Under the pieces are notes generated by a model that worked only from the letters and a program-made list of their open reading frames with translations, was not told where the DNA came from and did not search any database. A stretch of 64,000 bases of DNA, from the IMG/VR virus record IMGVR_UViG_3300032307_000731, positions 1-64,000 of that record. One strand, 5' to 3'. This document shows positions 19,094 to 29,333 of this stretch, piece after piece. The first letter of the stretch is position 1, and the number at the start of each line of letters is the position of its first letter. Position numbers and translations under genes: made by a program. This DNA comes from a virus.

Positions 19094-19836
19094 TATTTCT
19101 CTTCGTATTTTTCTAAAATTTTACTAATTAAAGGATTTCTAACAATATCTTTTTTATCCTTAAATTCAAAAATAGAAACAAAGTTATCATCTCTAAATTT
19201 TTCAATTGCGTCCCATAAACCACTATGAGTTTTATTTTTAAATTTGTCTGATTGTTCAACATCACCGGATATAAAAAATTTACTATTAAATCCTATTCGT
19301 GTTAAAAGTAATTTCATTTGACTTGGAGTTGCGTTTTGTCCTTCTTCAAATATTAATATAGAATTATCAATATTCATTCCTCTCATAAATGCTAGTGCAA
19401 ATACTTCGATGATGTCAGCGTCTTTTAATTTCTCTCTATTTTCTTTCCCGATTATTTTGTTCATTAAATAATAAGATGGGAATATATATGGGTCTAATTT
19501 CTCTTCAACATTACCGGGAAGAGAACCTAATTTTTCTTCTGCTTCAACAGCTGGTCTTACAATTATAATTTTTTCATAAGGAGTTTCAGGGTCGGATAAT
19601 AAATCAAGTGCCGCTTTCATTGTTATATAACTTTTTCCAACACCGGCGGGTCCGGAACAAATTGTGATTTCACTTTCAATTAAAGTGTCATAATATTTTT
19701 TTTGATTGGTTGTTAAAAATTTGTCTTTAGTTTTTCTTTTAATAACACTAGAAATAAAATCTTTTTTATTAATAGGTTTATGTGTTGTTTCAGGTGTGGG
19801 TGTTGGTTTAGTATTTCTTGGTTTGGATGATGCCAT
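19093..19836 (-). CDS. phoH: PhoH-family ATPase
   Basis: GPAGVGKS, RPAVEAEEKLGSLPG, AFMRG, EEGQN, GDVEQSD, VRNPLI. Confidence 0.95.
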   Translation of the reverse strand: MASSKPRNTKPTPTPETTHKPINKKDFISSVIKRKTKDKFLTTNQKKYYDTLIESEITICSGPAGVGKSYITMKAALDLLSDPETPYEKIIIVRPAVEAEEKLGSLPGNVEEKLDPYIFPSYYLMNKIIGKENREKLKDADIIEVFALAFMRGMNIDNSILIFEEGQNATPSQMKLLLTRIGFNSKFFISGDVEQSDKFKNKTHSGLWDAIEKFRDDNFVSIFEFKDKKDIVRNPLISKILEKYEEK

Positions 19837-19847
19837 TTAAAAATATT

Positions 19848-20840
19848 TTATTTAATTAATTTATAATGATTTAACCAATGTTCAATCATTTCGTCTAACA
19901 TTGTTTCAAATGTATATGTTGGTGACCACCCTGTCAATTCTCTTAATTTGTTAGAATCTCCTTTTAAGTCATTTAATTCTTCAGGTCTTAAAAATTTTTC
20001 ATCAAGTTTAACGTAGTCTTCATATTTTAAATCCAATTTAGTGAACACATAATCACATAAATCTCTAACTGAATGAGAAATTCCTGTTGAACAAATAAAG
20101 TCATTTGGTTCATCTAATTGAAGTATTTCCCACATCGCTTTAACATAATCTTTAGCATGTCCCCAATCTCTTGTTGCATCTAAATTACCTAATTTTAATT
20201 CATTACTTAATCCTAATTTTATTTTAACAGCTTCTTTACACACTTTATTAGTTACAAAATTAGTTCCTCTTCTTGGAGATTCATGATTAAATAAGATTCC
20301 ATTGGAAATAAACATGTCATATGAATTACGATAATTTCTACAAATGTGATAACTAAAAACTTTTGAACAACCATAAGGTGATACTGGATTCATAGGAGTG
20401 GTTTCTCTTTGAAATCCGTCAGAATCTATTGAATTCCCAAACATTTCAGATGAAGAGGCTTGATAGATTTTAATTTTAGGGTTAATTAATTTAACCGCCT
20501 CTAACATATTTAAAGTACCAACCCCGGTTGCATTTGCAGTATAGATTGGTTGGTCAAACGAAATTCTAACATGTGATTGAGCTGCAAGATTATAAATTTC
20601 AGTTGGATTACATTTTTGAATTACACTAATTAATGATGATAAATCAGTTAAATCCGCGTAATGTAATTTTAATTTAGAGTAAACAGAATCAAGACGTGAT
20701 GTTTGGTTTTCCGCAACCGAATTACGTTTTAAAGTACCATGTACTTCATATCCTTTTTCTAAAAGAAATTCCGCAAGATAAGAACCATCTTGACCATTTA
20801 TTCCTGTAATAAGAGCTATTTTATTTTCTTGCATTTTCAT
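19848..20840 (-). CDS. gmd: GDP-mannose 4,6-dehydratase
   Basis: ALITGINGQDGSYLAEFLL, NLAAQSHV, GILFNHESPRRG, RDWGHAKDYV. Confidence 0.97.
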   Translation of the reverse strand: MKMQENKIALITGINGQDGSYLAEFLLEKGYEVHGTLKRNSVAENQTSRLDSVYSKLKLHYADLTDLSSLISVIQKCNPTEIYNLAAQSHVRISFDQPIYTANATGVGTLNMLEAVKLINPKIKIYQASSSEMFGNSIDSDGFQRETTPMNPVSPYGCSKVFSYHICRNYRNSYDMFISNGILFNHESPRRGTNFVTNKVCKEAVKIKLGLSNELKLGNLDATRDWGHAKDYVKAMWEILQLDEPNDFICSTGISHSVRDLCDYVFTKLDLKYEDYVKLDEKFLRPEELNDLKGDSNKLRELTGWSPTYTFETMLDEMIEHWLNHYKLIK

Positions 20841-21723
20841 AATTTGTTATAAACCAATTAACGGTTTCTTTTATTCCATCTTCAATGGGTGTAAATTTAA
20901 AATCCGGTAAATATGATTTTAATTTTGAATTATCTGATGGTTTTCTAAATTGTCCGTCAGGTTTTGATGAATCAAAAATCACATTACCCTTAAAGTTAAA
21001 TTCTTTTACTAATAAATCAACTAAATCCATTATACTAATCTCTTCAGATGTACTAAATATTATTGGTTCGGATTCATTATAGTTGTCAATCGCCCATTCC
21101 GATAATTTTGCAATATCTTTTGAAAATATAAATTCTCTTAATGGTTTACCTGACCCCCACACTACAAAATCTGTTTTATTTTGTTGAGCCAAATAAAGTT
21201 TATGTATTAACATTGGCATTACATGACCATGGGTTAATGAAAAATTGTCATTAGGACCATATATGTTTGTTGGAATAACAGAGACATAATTTAACCCATA
21301 TTGTTCTCGGTATGCTCTAATTTGTATATCGGCCATTCTTTTTGCGTAGGCATAAGGATAGTTTGAATTATGAGGTTCTCCTAAATGAATTTTTGATTCA
21401 ATTAGAGGGTATTCAACATTATCAGGGAATACACATGTGGATAAAAAAGAAACTAATTTTTCAACTCCATTTTTTCTAGCACCTTCAATAACATTAGTAT
21501 TAATCATAATGTTGTCATAAAAATATTCTCCTTTGTAGTTCATGTTCCCACCAACACCACCAACCTTACCGGCACAATGAATGACATGAGTTGGTTTATG
21601 ATACTCAAACATTTTATTTGTTTCATCAGTAAGTTTTAAGTCATATTGTCTTCCAATTTTAACATCTGAGTTTATTGATGAACCAACCAAACCATTTCCT
21701 CCGGTTACTAATAATTTTTTCAT
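20821..21723 (-). CDS. fcl: GDP-L-fucose synthase
   Basis: GGNGLVG, AGKVGG, STCVFP, YAYAKR, PTNIYGPNDNF, WGSGKPLREF, KPDG. Confidence 0.95.
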   Translation of the reverse strand: MKKLLVTGGNGLVGSSINSDVKIGRQYDLKLTDETNKMFEYHKPTHVIHCAGKVGGVGGNMNYKGEYFYDNIMINTNVIEGARKNGVEKLVSFLSTCVFPDNVEYPLIESKIHLGEPHNSNYPYAYAKRMADIQIRAYREQYGLNYVSVIPTNIYGPNDNFSLTHGHVMPMLIHKLYLAQQNKTDFVVWGSGKPLREFIFSKDIAKLSEWAIDNYNESEPIIFSTSEEISIMDLVDLLVKEFNFKGNVIFDSSKPDGQFRKPSDNSKLKSYLPDFKFTPIEDGIKETVNWFITNYENARK

Positions 21724-22481
21724 ATTATATTATTTTTTATTTTATAGCATATTAATTTATTCTTTGATGTAAAACATTCAGGTTCCCAATCATAATGAAG
21801 AGGGGTCCATTCAGGGAAAACAAAAATATCACCATGCCAAAATCTTTCCCTTTGATTATAATATATGTTTTTGGAATTACTTAGTATTCCAACCCACCAA
21901 CTAAAACTGCCTTCACTTAATACTAAATTATTAAAATTTTTAGCAAAATTAATAGTTTCTGATGGAGTGTTATTATATATTTTTAAATTAAATTCTTTTG
22001 ATAAATTAATAACATTTGGATGAGTAGGTGAATCTGATGTAATATAACCACTTTTTGATGATATTTTAGTTAATGCATCTCGATAAAATTCTATCGGTAA
22101 CATTTGTCTAATACCTTCAATGTCACCAATTCTATACATAACAAAAACTTCATCTTTATTAATTTCATCATATGATAAATCAAATAAAGATTTAATCTCA
22201 TTTTTGTAATTTAACACAAAATCTTTAATTTGAAAAAAACCATCAAAAATGTAATGTCTTGGTTCTATTGTTTCGGAATTTAATAATTCTAAAAAATTAG
22301 AATCATTGACAATTAGTTTATTATCTACATGTACGGAACCATTTAATTGGGGAAATTTAAATTTACCGTCAATAACATTTGAATTTATAAATAATTTAAA
22401 TTTTTTTGCAAAAATATGAGCGGCTACATATTGAAATAAGTTATTACCTAATCTACCGTTATAATTTATAGATACTGACAT
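21720..22481 (-). CDS. Alpha-1,2-fucosyltransferase-like (GT11)
   Basis: GRLGNNLFQY, GFFQ, YRIGD (variant of HxRRGD), TSD, SFSWW. Confidence 0.8.
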   Translation of the reverse strand: MSVSINYNGRLGNNLFQYVAAHIFAKKFKLFINSNVIDGKFKFPQLNGSVHVDNKLIVNDSNFLELLNSETIEPRHYIFDGFFQIKDFVLNYKNEIKSLFDLSYDEINKDEVFVMYRIGDIEGIRQMLPIEFYRDALTKISSKSGYITSDSPTHPNVINLSKEFNLKIYNNTPSETINFAKNFNNLVLSEGSFSWWVGILSNSKNIYYNQRERFWHGDIFVFPEWTPLHYDWEPECFTSKNKLICYKIKNNII

Positions 22482-22490
22482 TGAATTATA

Positions 22491-23297
22491 TTATAATAAT
22501 TTTTTTTCAAACATTTTGATTTTATCACGCCAAAAATCAAAATACATCATCTCAGTAGAATTGTTTTTAACCTTATTTATTTCTGTTTTTATTTTTGAGT
22601 GGTCTGATAAATCATTGGCGTTGTCAACATATACAATAGGTAAATGTTTATATATTGATTCATAAACAGATTTATATTTGGAATAATCTCCAACACATAT
22701 GGGTACTTCTCCCAAATATAAAGTTTCAAAAGTCCTAATACACTCAATACCGTTACCTTCAGGTGAAATCGACCCGAGATATGATTTAGTTTTAGAAACA
22801 AAATCAGAATAAGTTAAACCGGTTTCAAAGTCAATATTTTCAGAATTTAAACAAATATCTCTAACCATTGTACGAAACCCTAAATTAGTTGAAACATTAA
22901 AATTAGCATATAACTTATTAATCTTATCTGTTGAAGGTTTAAAGATTTCATCATTTAATATGAAAGGTAATTTTCCAAAAACTTCTTTGTTAATTATTCC
23001 GTGACCTTCTCTTTTTGAGCTTGTTATATTTTCAATACCAACAGGTAATGGGGTTATAAACTCGTTATGACATAGTGAATTGTTTGCAAAGATGTGTTTA
23101 ATATTGTCCGGTTTGATTTTCAATAAAGATTCATCAAATGAATAATCACTATTACCCACAATTAATATTACATTATGATTTAATTTTGATAATTTGATAT
23201 ACTCATCAACAATAAAATCTCTTTTACAATAAAATATTGTTTCATTATTATGCAATTCAGTAAATCTATTAGGATAAATTAAATCTTCTTGTTTCAT
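22491..23297 (-). CDS. Exostosin/GT47-like glycosyltransferase
   Basis: LPVGIEN; ISPEGNGIECIRTFETLYLGEVPI. Confidence 0.6.
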   Translation of the reverse strand: MKQEDLIYPNRFTELHNNETIFYCKRDFIVDEYIKLSKLNHNVILIVGNSDYSFDESLLKIKPDNIKHIFANNSLCHNEFITPLPVGIENITSSKREGHGIINKEVFGKLPFILNDEIFKPSTDKINKLYANFNVSTNLGFRTMVRDICLNSENIDFETGLTYSDFVSKTKSYLGSISPEGNGIECIRTFETLYLGEVPICVGDYSKYKSVYESIYKHLPIVYVDNANDLSDHSKIKTEINKVKNNSTEMMYFDFWRDKIKMFEKKLL

Positions 23298-23767
23298 ATT
23301 TTTTTTACACTTTTAAATTTACAAGGGTTTCCAAAACATATTGAATTTGGAGGCATACTTTTACTAACTACCGACCCGGCACCAATTAGTGTATTTTCCC
23401 CAATTACATTACCACAAATTATGGTTGAATTTGCACTAATACTACATCCTTTTTTAAATAAAGTCGTTCTAAATCTATGTTTCCAATCATTACTAACATC
23501 AGGATAAATGTCATTAGTTGTTACAACATTAGGACCAATAAACACATTATCTTCAATAGTCACTCCTTCATAAATTAACGAATTGTTTTGGATTTTTACA
23601 TTATTACCAATAATAACATTTGGTCCAATATAAACTCCTTCTCCGATTACACAGTTCTCACCTATAATCACACCTTTACATATGTGTGAGAATGCCCATA
23701 TTTTAGTGTTTTCTCCAATCGTTTCGGTTTCAATAATTGACGTTGGGTGTATTTGTACGTTTTTCAT
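23294..23767 (-). CDS. Hexapeptide-repeat sugar acetyltransferase
   Basis: IGENTKIWAFSHI, VFIGPNVVTTND, IGAGSVV, GNP. Confidence 0.9.
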   Translation of the reverse strand: MKNVQIHPTSIIETETIGENTKIWAFSHICKGVIIGENCVIGEGVYIGPNVIIGNNVKIQNNSLIYEGVTIEDNVFIGPNVVTTNDIYPDVSNDWKHRFRTTLFKKGCSISANSTIICGNVIGENTLIGAGSVVSKSMPPNSICFGNPCKFKSVKKI

Positions 23768-23768
23768 T

Positions 23769-24557
23769 TTAAATGTATTTTGGTATATTATTAAACATTG
23801 TGTCTAAATAATTTTTATGACTTGAATATGGTCGACACGAATGACATTCAATGTAGTGGTCATTTTTTAATAAATCAACATTGTAAGGTATTTCATGGTC
23901 TCTACCACAATCAATCCTTTTTAACATTAATTCTTTAAATTGACTTAAACAATTTATTTTTTCTTTTTTTTCATAATTGTATAATACAGATGAGCTATAT
24001 CCTTCATCGGTTCCCCACGAATTTCCCCACATTGTTTTAACGTTTAAGTTTTTAATTTTTAAAATCTCAGATTCAAATGATTCTTCAAATTTATAAATTT
24101 CATTAAATACGAAACCTTTAGATATATGATAAGCGGAAGGGCTAAAACCATCCGAACTCCAATCTTTATCAGTTTCACCAAGGGTGATATATGCATCATC
24201 AATTAACATTACATAATCATTCTCATTAACATTTTCAATGATGTCTTTTAAAAAATAACTTCCCAAAGGTATTTGGTCAATACCCATTAATACACAAGTT
24301 TCATTTGGAAAAAATTTTGTATAATAAAAAAGTGCCCAAGTATATTGCCAATTACCCACACTTTGAATAGGTTTTTCAAAAAACACTTCTCCATATTCTT
24401 TTGATAGTCCTAAATTATTGAATTCATCTTCAGTTCCGAAAAACACTAATGTTGGAGTTATTCCAAATTTTTCTTTGTAAGTATATGACAATTGATTCCA
24501 AAACTCATAATAAGTTTTGTCTGTATTTGAGGTTAAAATAACTCTATCTATTTTCAT
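23769..24557 (-). CDS. Putative glycosyltransferase-like protein, tandem paralog B
   Basis: 262 aa; GIDQIPL, WGTDE and IECHS motifs; located in the glycan cluster. Confidence 0.5.
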   Translation of the reverse strand: MKIDRVILTSNTDKTYYEFWNQLSYTYKEKFGITPTLVFFGTEDEFNNLGLSKEYGEVFFEKPIQSVGNWQYTWALFYYTKFFPNETCVLMGIDQIPLGSYFLKDIIENVNENDYVMLIDDAYITLGETDKDWSSDGFSPSAYHISKGFVFNEIYKFEESFESEILKIKNLNVKTMWGNSWGTDEGYSSSVLYNYEKKEKINCLSQFKELMLKRIDCGRDHEIPYNVDLLKNDHYIECHSCRPYSSHKNYLDTMFNNIPKYI

Positions 24558-24560
24558 TTA

Positions 24561-25349
24561 TTAATTGAATTTTGGTATATTTCTAAATAGTGTATCTAAA
24601 TAATTTTTATGGTCTGAATATGGTCTACACGAATGACATTCAATATAATAGTTATTTTGTAAATGATGAAAATCGTATTGAGGTTCATATACTCTAAAAC
24701 ATTCAATTCTTCGTTTAACAAGTTCTTCAGACTTACTAAAAGACTTAATAATGTGTTTTTTTTCATAATTGTATAATACAGATGAGCTATATCCTTCATC
24801 GGTTCCCCATCCATCTCCCCACATTGTTTTAACATTTAAGTTTTTAATTTTTAAAATCTCAGATTCAAAAGAATCTTCAAATTTATAAATTTCATTAAAT
24901 ACAGAACCTTTAGATATATGATAAGCGGAAGGACTAAAACCTCCCAAACTCCAATCATATTTTGTTTGATTTGTTTTGACATAATGGTCATCAGTCAACA
25001 TTACATAATCATTCTCATTAACATTTTCAATTACATCTTTTAAGAAATAAGTTCCCAAAGGTATTTGGTCAATACCCATTAATATACAAGTTTCATTTAG
25101 AAAAAATTTTGTATAATAAAAAAGTGCCCAAGTATATTGCCAATTACTAACATCATGAACTGATTGTTCAAAAAACACTTCTCCATATTCTTTTGATAGT
25201 CCTAAATTATTGAATTCATCTTCAGTTCCGAAAAACACTAATGTTGGAGTTATTCCAAATTTTTCTTTATATGTGTACGATAATTGATTCCAAAACTCAT
25301 AATAAGTTTTGTCTGTATTTGAGGTTAAAATAACTCTATCTATTTTCAT
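24561..25349 (-). CDS. Putative glycosyltransferase-like protein, tandem paralog A
   Basis: 262 aa; first ~61 aa identical to the neighbour. Confidence 0.5.
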   Translation of the reverse strand: MKIDRVILTSNTDKTYYEFWNQLSYTYKEKFGITPTLVFFGTEDEFNNLGLSKEYGEVFFEQSVHDVSNWQYTWALFYYTKFFLNETCILMGIDQIPLGTYFLKDVIENVNENDYVMLTDDHYVKTNQTKYDWSLGGFSPSAYHISKGSVFNEIYKFEDSFESEILKIKNLNVKTMWGDGWGTDEGYSSSVLYNYEKKHIIKSFSKSEELVKRRIECFRVYEPQYDFHHLQNNYYIECHSCRPYSDHKNYLDTLFRNIPKFN

Positions 25350-25350
25350 T

Positions 25351-26022
25351 TTAATAATAATTGTATTTAATTATATCGTTTGTAAATTTGAAACTTTTGA
25401 TATTTCTTTTTAAAACAACATTTGTTAAAACACTTTGGTCGTGTCTATGGTCTGTAAATCCATCTAAATTATTTTCATTGAATTTATTAGGAGAATCAGT
25501 TAAAATTTGTTCATTTTTACAATAAAAAAACCACTCATTTAATAAATCTATATTTGAATCTGTATTTTTTAAACAAATAATACCCGCTTCAAGCTGAACA
25601 GAATTATAATATTTTTCATCATCACAATTCATAAGAGTAAAACAATCTTTCTTGGTCCAATCACCATTTTTATATCCACGATTAACAAATAAATTATCGT
25701 TCTGTGACATGTGATTATTAATAATATCAAATAAAAGTTTTTCTGGTTTATCACCAGAATCTAAATACAATAAAATTTCATCCGGTTGTAATTTTTTTAA
25801 TTCTTCAATTATTATATATGGTTTCCATAACCAATAACCAAACCCTCTATTCATTGAAAGAATTTTCTGATTTTCTTTCACAAAATCTTCAGAAAAACAT
25901 GTTTCATCTAAATTAATAAAATTATTTAATCCAAGTGATGTTAAATGTTTAATTAAATTTTCTCTACTATTCAAATATCGATTGTTTGCAAATGTCAATA
26001 TTCTAATTTTATCCAAATTCAT
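25351..26022 (-). CDS. Putative GT-A glycosyltransferase-like protein
   Basis: RGFGYWLWKPYII, LLYLDSG, HRHDQSVL. Confidence 0.55.
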   Translation of the reverse strand: MNLDKIRILTFANNRYLNSRENLIKHLTSLGLNNFINLDETCFSEDFVKENQKILSMNRGFGYWLWKPYIIIEELKKLQPDEILLYLDSGDKPEKLLFDIINNHMSQNDNLFVNRGYKNGDWTKKDCFTLMNCDDEKYYNSVQLEAGIICLKNTDSNIDLLNEWFFYCKNEQILTDSPNKFNENNLDGFTDHRHDQSVLTNVVLKRNIKSFKFTNDIIKYNYY

Positions 26023-26024
26023 CT

Positions 26025-26792
26025 TTACAATAACTTATACAATTCTTTAGCCCTTTCAGGTGGTAATGGTGATGTTCCGTGAGAATTTAATTGTACATGA
26101 ATCATTAAATTTTGTACTAAAAAAACTTTTAAATTTTTCATAAAATAATAAAAACTCAAAGACCTTTCATGGATATGTCCTGAAAAATTACTTTTAACAA
26201 TGTTATCGAGATGGTCAGCAAACCATTCAATGTAATTTTTTAACTCAGATACTTTCCAAGTGGAATTACTTGAAGAACTCCACATAGTTCTTGGATTATT
26301 ATTTTGAAGATTATTTATCATTTTAGTGATATCAAATCCTGTTTTTTCTCTAACCGAATTAATTAATTCGATACTATATTGTTCTTGTTTAATATATACA
26401 ATGTCTGAAATAATCATAGGGAAATATCCGATAAAATCGAAATCTTTTTTAATCATCTCTTTATTAATATCTACAAATTCAGGGACATAATTAATATCAT
26501 ATTCAAAAAAATTAACATAATCACTGGTTATTAAGTTGTTTTTATGTAATGCATACCATCCGGTAAATGAAGTTAACTTTGGATATTGTTCTATATTATG
26601 TTCTAAATTTCTTACAATAATTAAATTACTTAAATCTTGTATTTTATCATATGGTTTATCCCCTAAAAACACCCATTTAAAATTTTTAAAATCGTTAAAC
26701 TTATTTTTAGATATAAAATCTAATATGATTTCTTGGTCGTGAACAAAAATAAATGTGTCAATCTTTAATTCGTTTTTAATACTTGTTTCCAT
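26025..26792 (-). CDS. Putative glycosyltransferase-like protein
   Basis: FFEYD (DxD-like) and HIHER; cluster context. Confidence 0.45.
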   Translation of the reverse strand: METSIKNELKIDTFIFVHDQEIILDFISKNKFNDFKNFKWVFLGDKPYDKIQDLSNLIIVRNLEHNIEQYPKLTSFTGWYALHKNNLITSDYVNFFEYDINYVPEFVDINKEMIKKDFDFIGYFPMIISDIVYIKQEQYSIELINSVREKTGFDITKMINNLQNNNPRTMWSSSSNSTWKVSELKNYIEWFADHLDNIVKSNFSGHIHERSLSFYYFMKNLKVFLVQNLMIHVQLNSHGTSPLPPERAKELYKLL

Positions 26793-28708
26793 TTTTCTAA
26801 TATTTCGTTGTTTGTTAATGGAGACACTTCATGGTCGGTCTCTTCATTTCCGTAAAATTTAGTGTTTGTTAAATAACATTCGTCTTTAACTAAACATGCC
26901 ACTTCACCTTTTGAACTATGATAAACTCTTCCAATTGAATCATACATAGATTGTTTATCTGTTTGATAACCCGACATTTCAACACGAGGGTCATTTAATA
27001 AATCTTTAACTAAATCATTATAATAGTTTTCATCACCTATTTTACCAAATAAAATCACTTTTTCACATCCGTCTTCAAGTGCTCGTTCGATTGATTTATG
27101 AGTTTGTTTTCTATCTTCAATAGTCCCTATCACACCTGCAATTAAATCGACATTTTCTTTTTTAGTGTTTGATGTTAAAGGTTCTTTTAAATTTGGTATT
27201 ATATCATATTCACCATGATAGTCTTCATGGTATTCTCTGTGTTTTTCGTGTAAGAAAATTACTTTATCCCAATGTTGAGGGATTTTACCTACCGGAAACC
27301 ACCATTTTTCATGAGATGCTAATATTACTGTGTCAACAGGTAATCGTGTTTCAGGTCTAACCGCATGAGTTATAACTTTATCTGACGGGTCTAATTTTAA
27401 ATTAGAAATTAAATCTGATTTACATTTATCTAAATGCCAACTATGTGGTCCATAAAACGTACAATCAATACCATTTTCGTTAAATAAATTAGTTAAATTT
27501 ATTAATGCGGTTGTAGAACCACCTCTTTCCGAAAACCCAGTTAATATTTTAACTTTTTGTGTTTTAGGTTTTAACTCGTTTAATGAATTAATAATAACAT
27601 CCCCAAGGTTATTAATTGTATTATCTTTAAATGTTAAATAATTAATTATTGAGTCGTGATAAGGTATTTTATTTTCGTCTTTTATATTGAAAATTTTTGG
27701 AACAAAAGGATATAAAACTTTAATTTTATTTAAATTTTCAAAATTATCTGAAAATATTAAATCATAATTAATATTAGATATTTTATAGTATTGTCCTAAT
27801 TCGGCCTTTATTGTACCATTAGATGTTTTAATCGTAGATTTACCATCACCTAATCTAAAACCAGGTATTTCAGTGTCTTTAAATGATTTTATTCGTAATT
27901 TATTTAAAATTTTAACATTTTCTTTGTTGATGTTATTTGAAATTACAACAATTTCTTTATTAGATTTTGTTAATAATCTAAATTCCTCAATATAATCTAA
28001 GTGATTTTCAATAAAGAACAGAAGTTTTAAATCGTCATTTGAATTTAATTTTATCTTTGAAGGTAAATTATTTTTAAAATTTTCTGAAAATAATTTTCTA
28101 TTTTCATTCCATTGTTCATTTGTTTGACCAATTGACTTATGGGTTATTCGAACATTAAAAACAACACCAACTTCAACTCCTTCTAAAAAATTATTAAAAC
28201 AGAAATTTACATCATAAAAATGAAATCCTTTGACATTTTCGTCAAAAGTTTTTTTAATTCTTGTTTTATCTACACCTATAAATAAACCATCAACAATTAC
28301 TGTTTTCTGTATCTTAATACCAATATCTTCCGAATATCTTGATTCCCATTTTTTTCCATCATTTTCATGGTTTACAATCCCCACCATTTTTGAAGGGTCT
28401 TCCCACCATTGACCAGACTCAGGTAATAACGTTGTTCCCGCAACTCCTAAAATACCATAATTGGTTTTTTGAAATTGTTTTAAAATTTTTTCACCCCACT
28501 TTTTTGAATCAAAATAAATGTCATCGTGACATAATATAACAATATTATTTTTTGATTCGGATAATATTTCATTATAAGTTTGAGACAATGATTTATTTCC
28601 AGTGTTTATTTTTTCAATTACTTCAATGTTTTTTAAACCTGAACTTATTTTTAAGTATTCAATAAATTCAGGGTTATGTTTTCTTGTCGAATATCCTACT
28701 GTTATCAT
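26765..28708 (-). CDS. Multidomain glycosyltransferase (GT-A N-terminus, GT-B C-terminus)
   Basis: LCHDDIYF, GVAG, VDGLF, FHFYD; later GGSTTA, GTIEDRKQ, SKGE. Confidence 0.75.
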   Translation of the reverse strand: MITVGYSTRKHNPEFIEYLKISSGLKNIEVIEKINTGNKSLSQTYNEILSESKNNIVILCHDDIYFDSKKWGEKILKQFQKTNYGILGVAGTTLLPESGQWWEDPSKMVGIVNHENDGKKWESRYSEDIGIKIQKTVIVDGLFIGVDKTRIKKTFDENVKGFHFYDVNFCFNNFLEGVEVGVVFNVRITHKSIGQTNEQWNENRKLFSENFKNNLPSKIKLNSNDDLKLLFFIENHLDYIEEFRLLTKSNKEIVVISNNINKENVKILNKLRIKSFKDTEIPGFRLGDGKSTIKTSNGTIKAELGQYYKISNINYDLIFSDNFENLNKIKVLYPFVPKIFNIKDENKIPYHDSIINYLTFKDNTINNLGDVIINSLNELKPKTQKVKILTGFSERGGSTTALINLTNLFNENGIDCTFYGPHSWHLDKCKSDLISNLKLDPSDKVITHAVRPETRLPVDTVILASHEKWWFPVGKIPQHWDKVIFLHEKHREYHEDYHGEYDIIPNLKEPLTSNTKKENVDLIAGVIGTIEDRKQTHKSIERALEDGCEKVILFGKIGDENYYNDLVKDLLNDPRVEMSGYQTDKQSMYDSIGRVYHSSKGEVACLVKDECYLTNTKFYGNEETDHEVSPLTNNEILEKWKQVLKTN

Positions 28709-28709
28709 A

Positions 28710-29333
28710 CTATATTAATCCTGTACTACCAAATCCATTATCTCCTCTATCACCATCAGTAATATTATCAACTTTAATTAAGTTAACAAATTTTCCATTA
28801 ATTACAGGACATAAAACCGCTTGTGCAATTTTAGTTCCTTTAGGAATCGATACCGATATGTTATTTGTGTTGAAAACAATTACTTTAATTTCACCATTAT
28901 ATCCAGAATCCACAGTTCCTGGGGTGTTTAATACTGTTAACCCTTGATTGATTGCTAACCCACTTTTAGGTCTAACTTGAATTTCAAATTCTTCAGGAAT
29001 TGACAATTTAATACCGGTTGGTACTAATGCTCTACCGAAAGGTTGTAATGTAACTTCCTCTGTTGAGAATAAATCAAATCCTGAATCACTTGGATATGCG
29101 TATTCCGGGAATGTTGCGTCGTCATTAATTAATTCCACTTTAAGTGTTTTACTTTTAAATGCCAACATCATATCTTCATTCATTTCTTCGTAAGTCATAC
29201 CAATTAATTTTTCTAATTCTTCTTGATATTCATCATCGATTTCAATTTCGGCTTGCTCGTGAAGACTTTCCAATTGTTTTTGAATACTTGCCATCATTTC
29301 AGGGTCAAACCCTAATCCATCTAAATTTTGCAT
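28710..29333 (-). CDS. dut: Trimeric dUTPase with acidic N-terminal extension
   Basis: SGFDL, RPKSGL, GTVDSGYNGE, IAQ, RGDNGFGSTG. Confidence 0.93.
   Translation of the reverse strand: MQNLDGLGFDPEMMASIQKQLESLHEQAEIEIDDEYQEELEKLIGMTYEEMNEDMMLAFKSKTLKVELINDDATFPEYAYPSDSGFDLFSTEEVTLQPFGRALVPTGIKLSIPEEFEIQVRPKSGLAINQGLTVLNTPGTVDSGYNGEIKVIVFNTNNISVSIPKGTKIAQAVLCPVINGKFVNLIKVDNITDGDRGDNGFGSTGLI

Noticed and set aside
19848-28708. Bacterial O-antigen or capsule locus, or host contamination
   Set aside because: No wzx/wzy or ABC export genes are present, and the block is translationally coupled to phage core genes.
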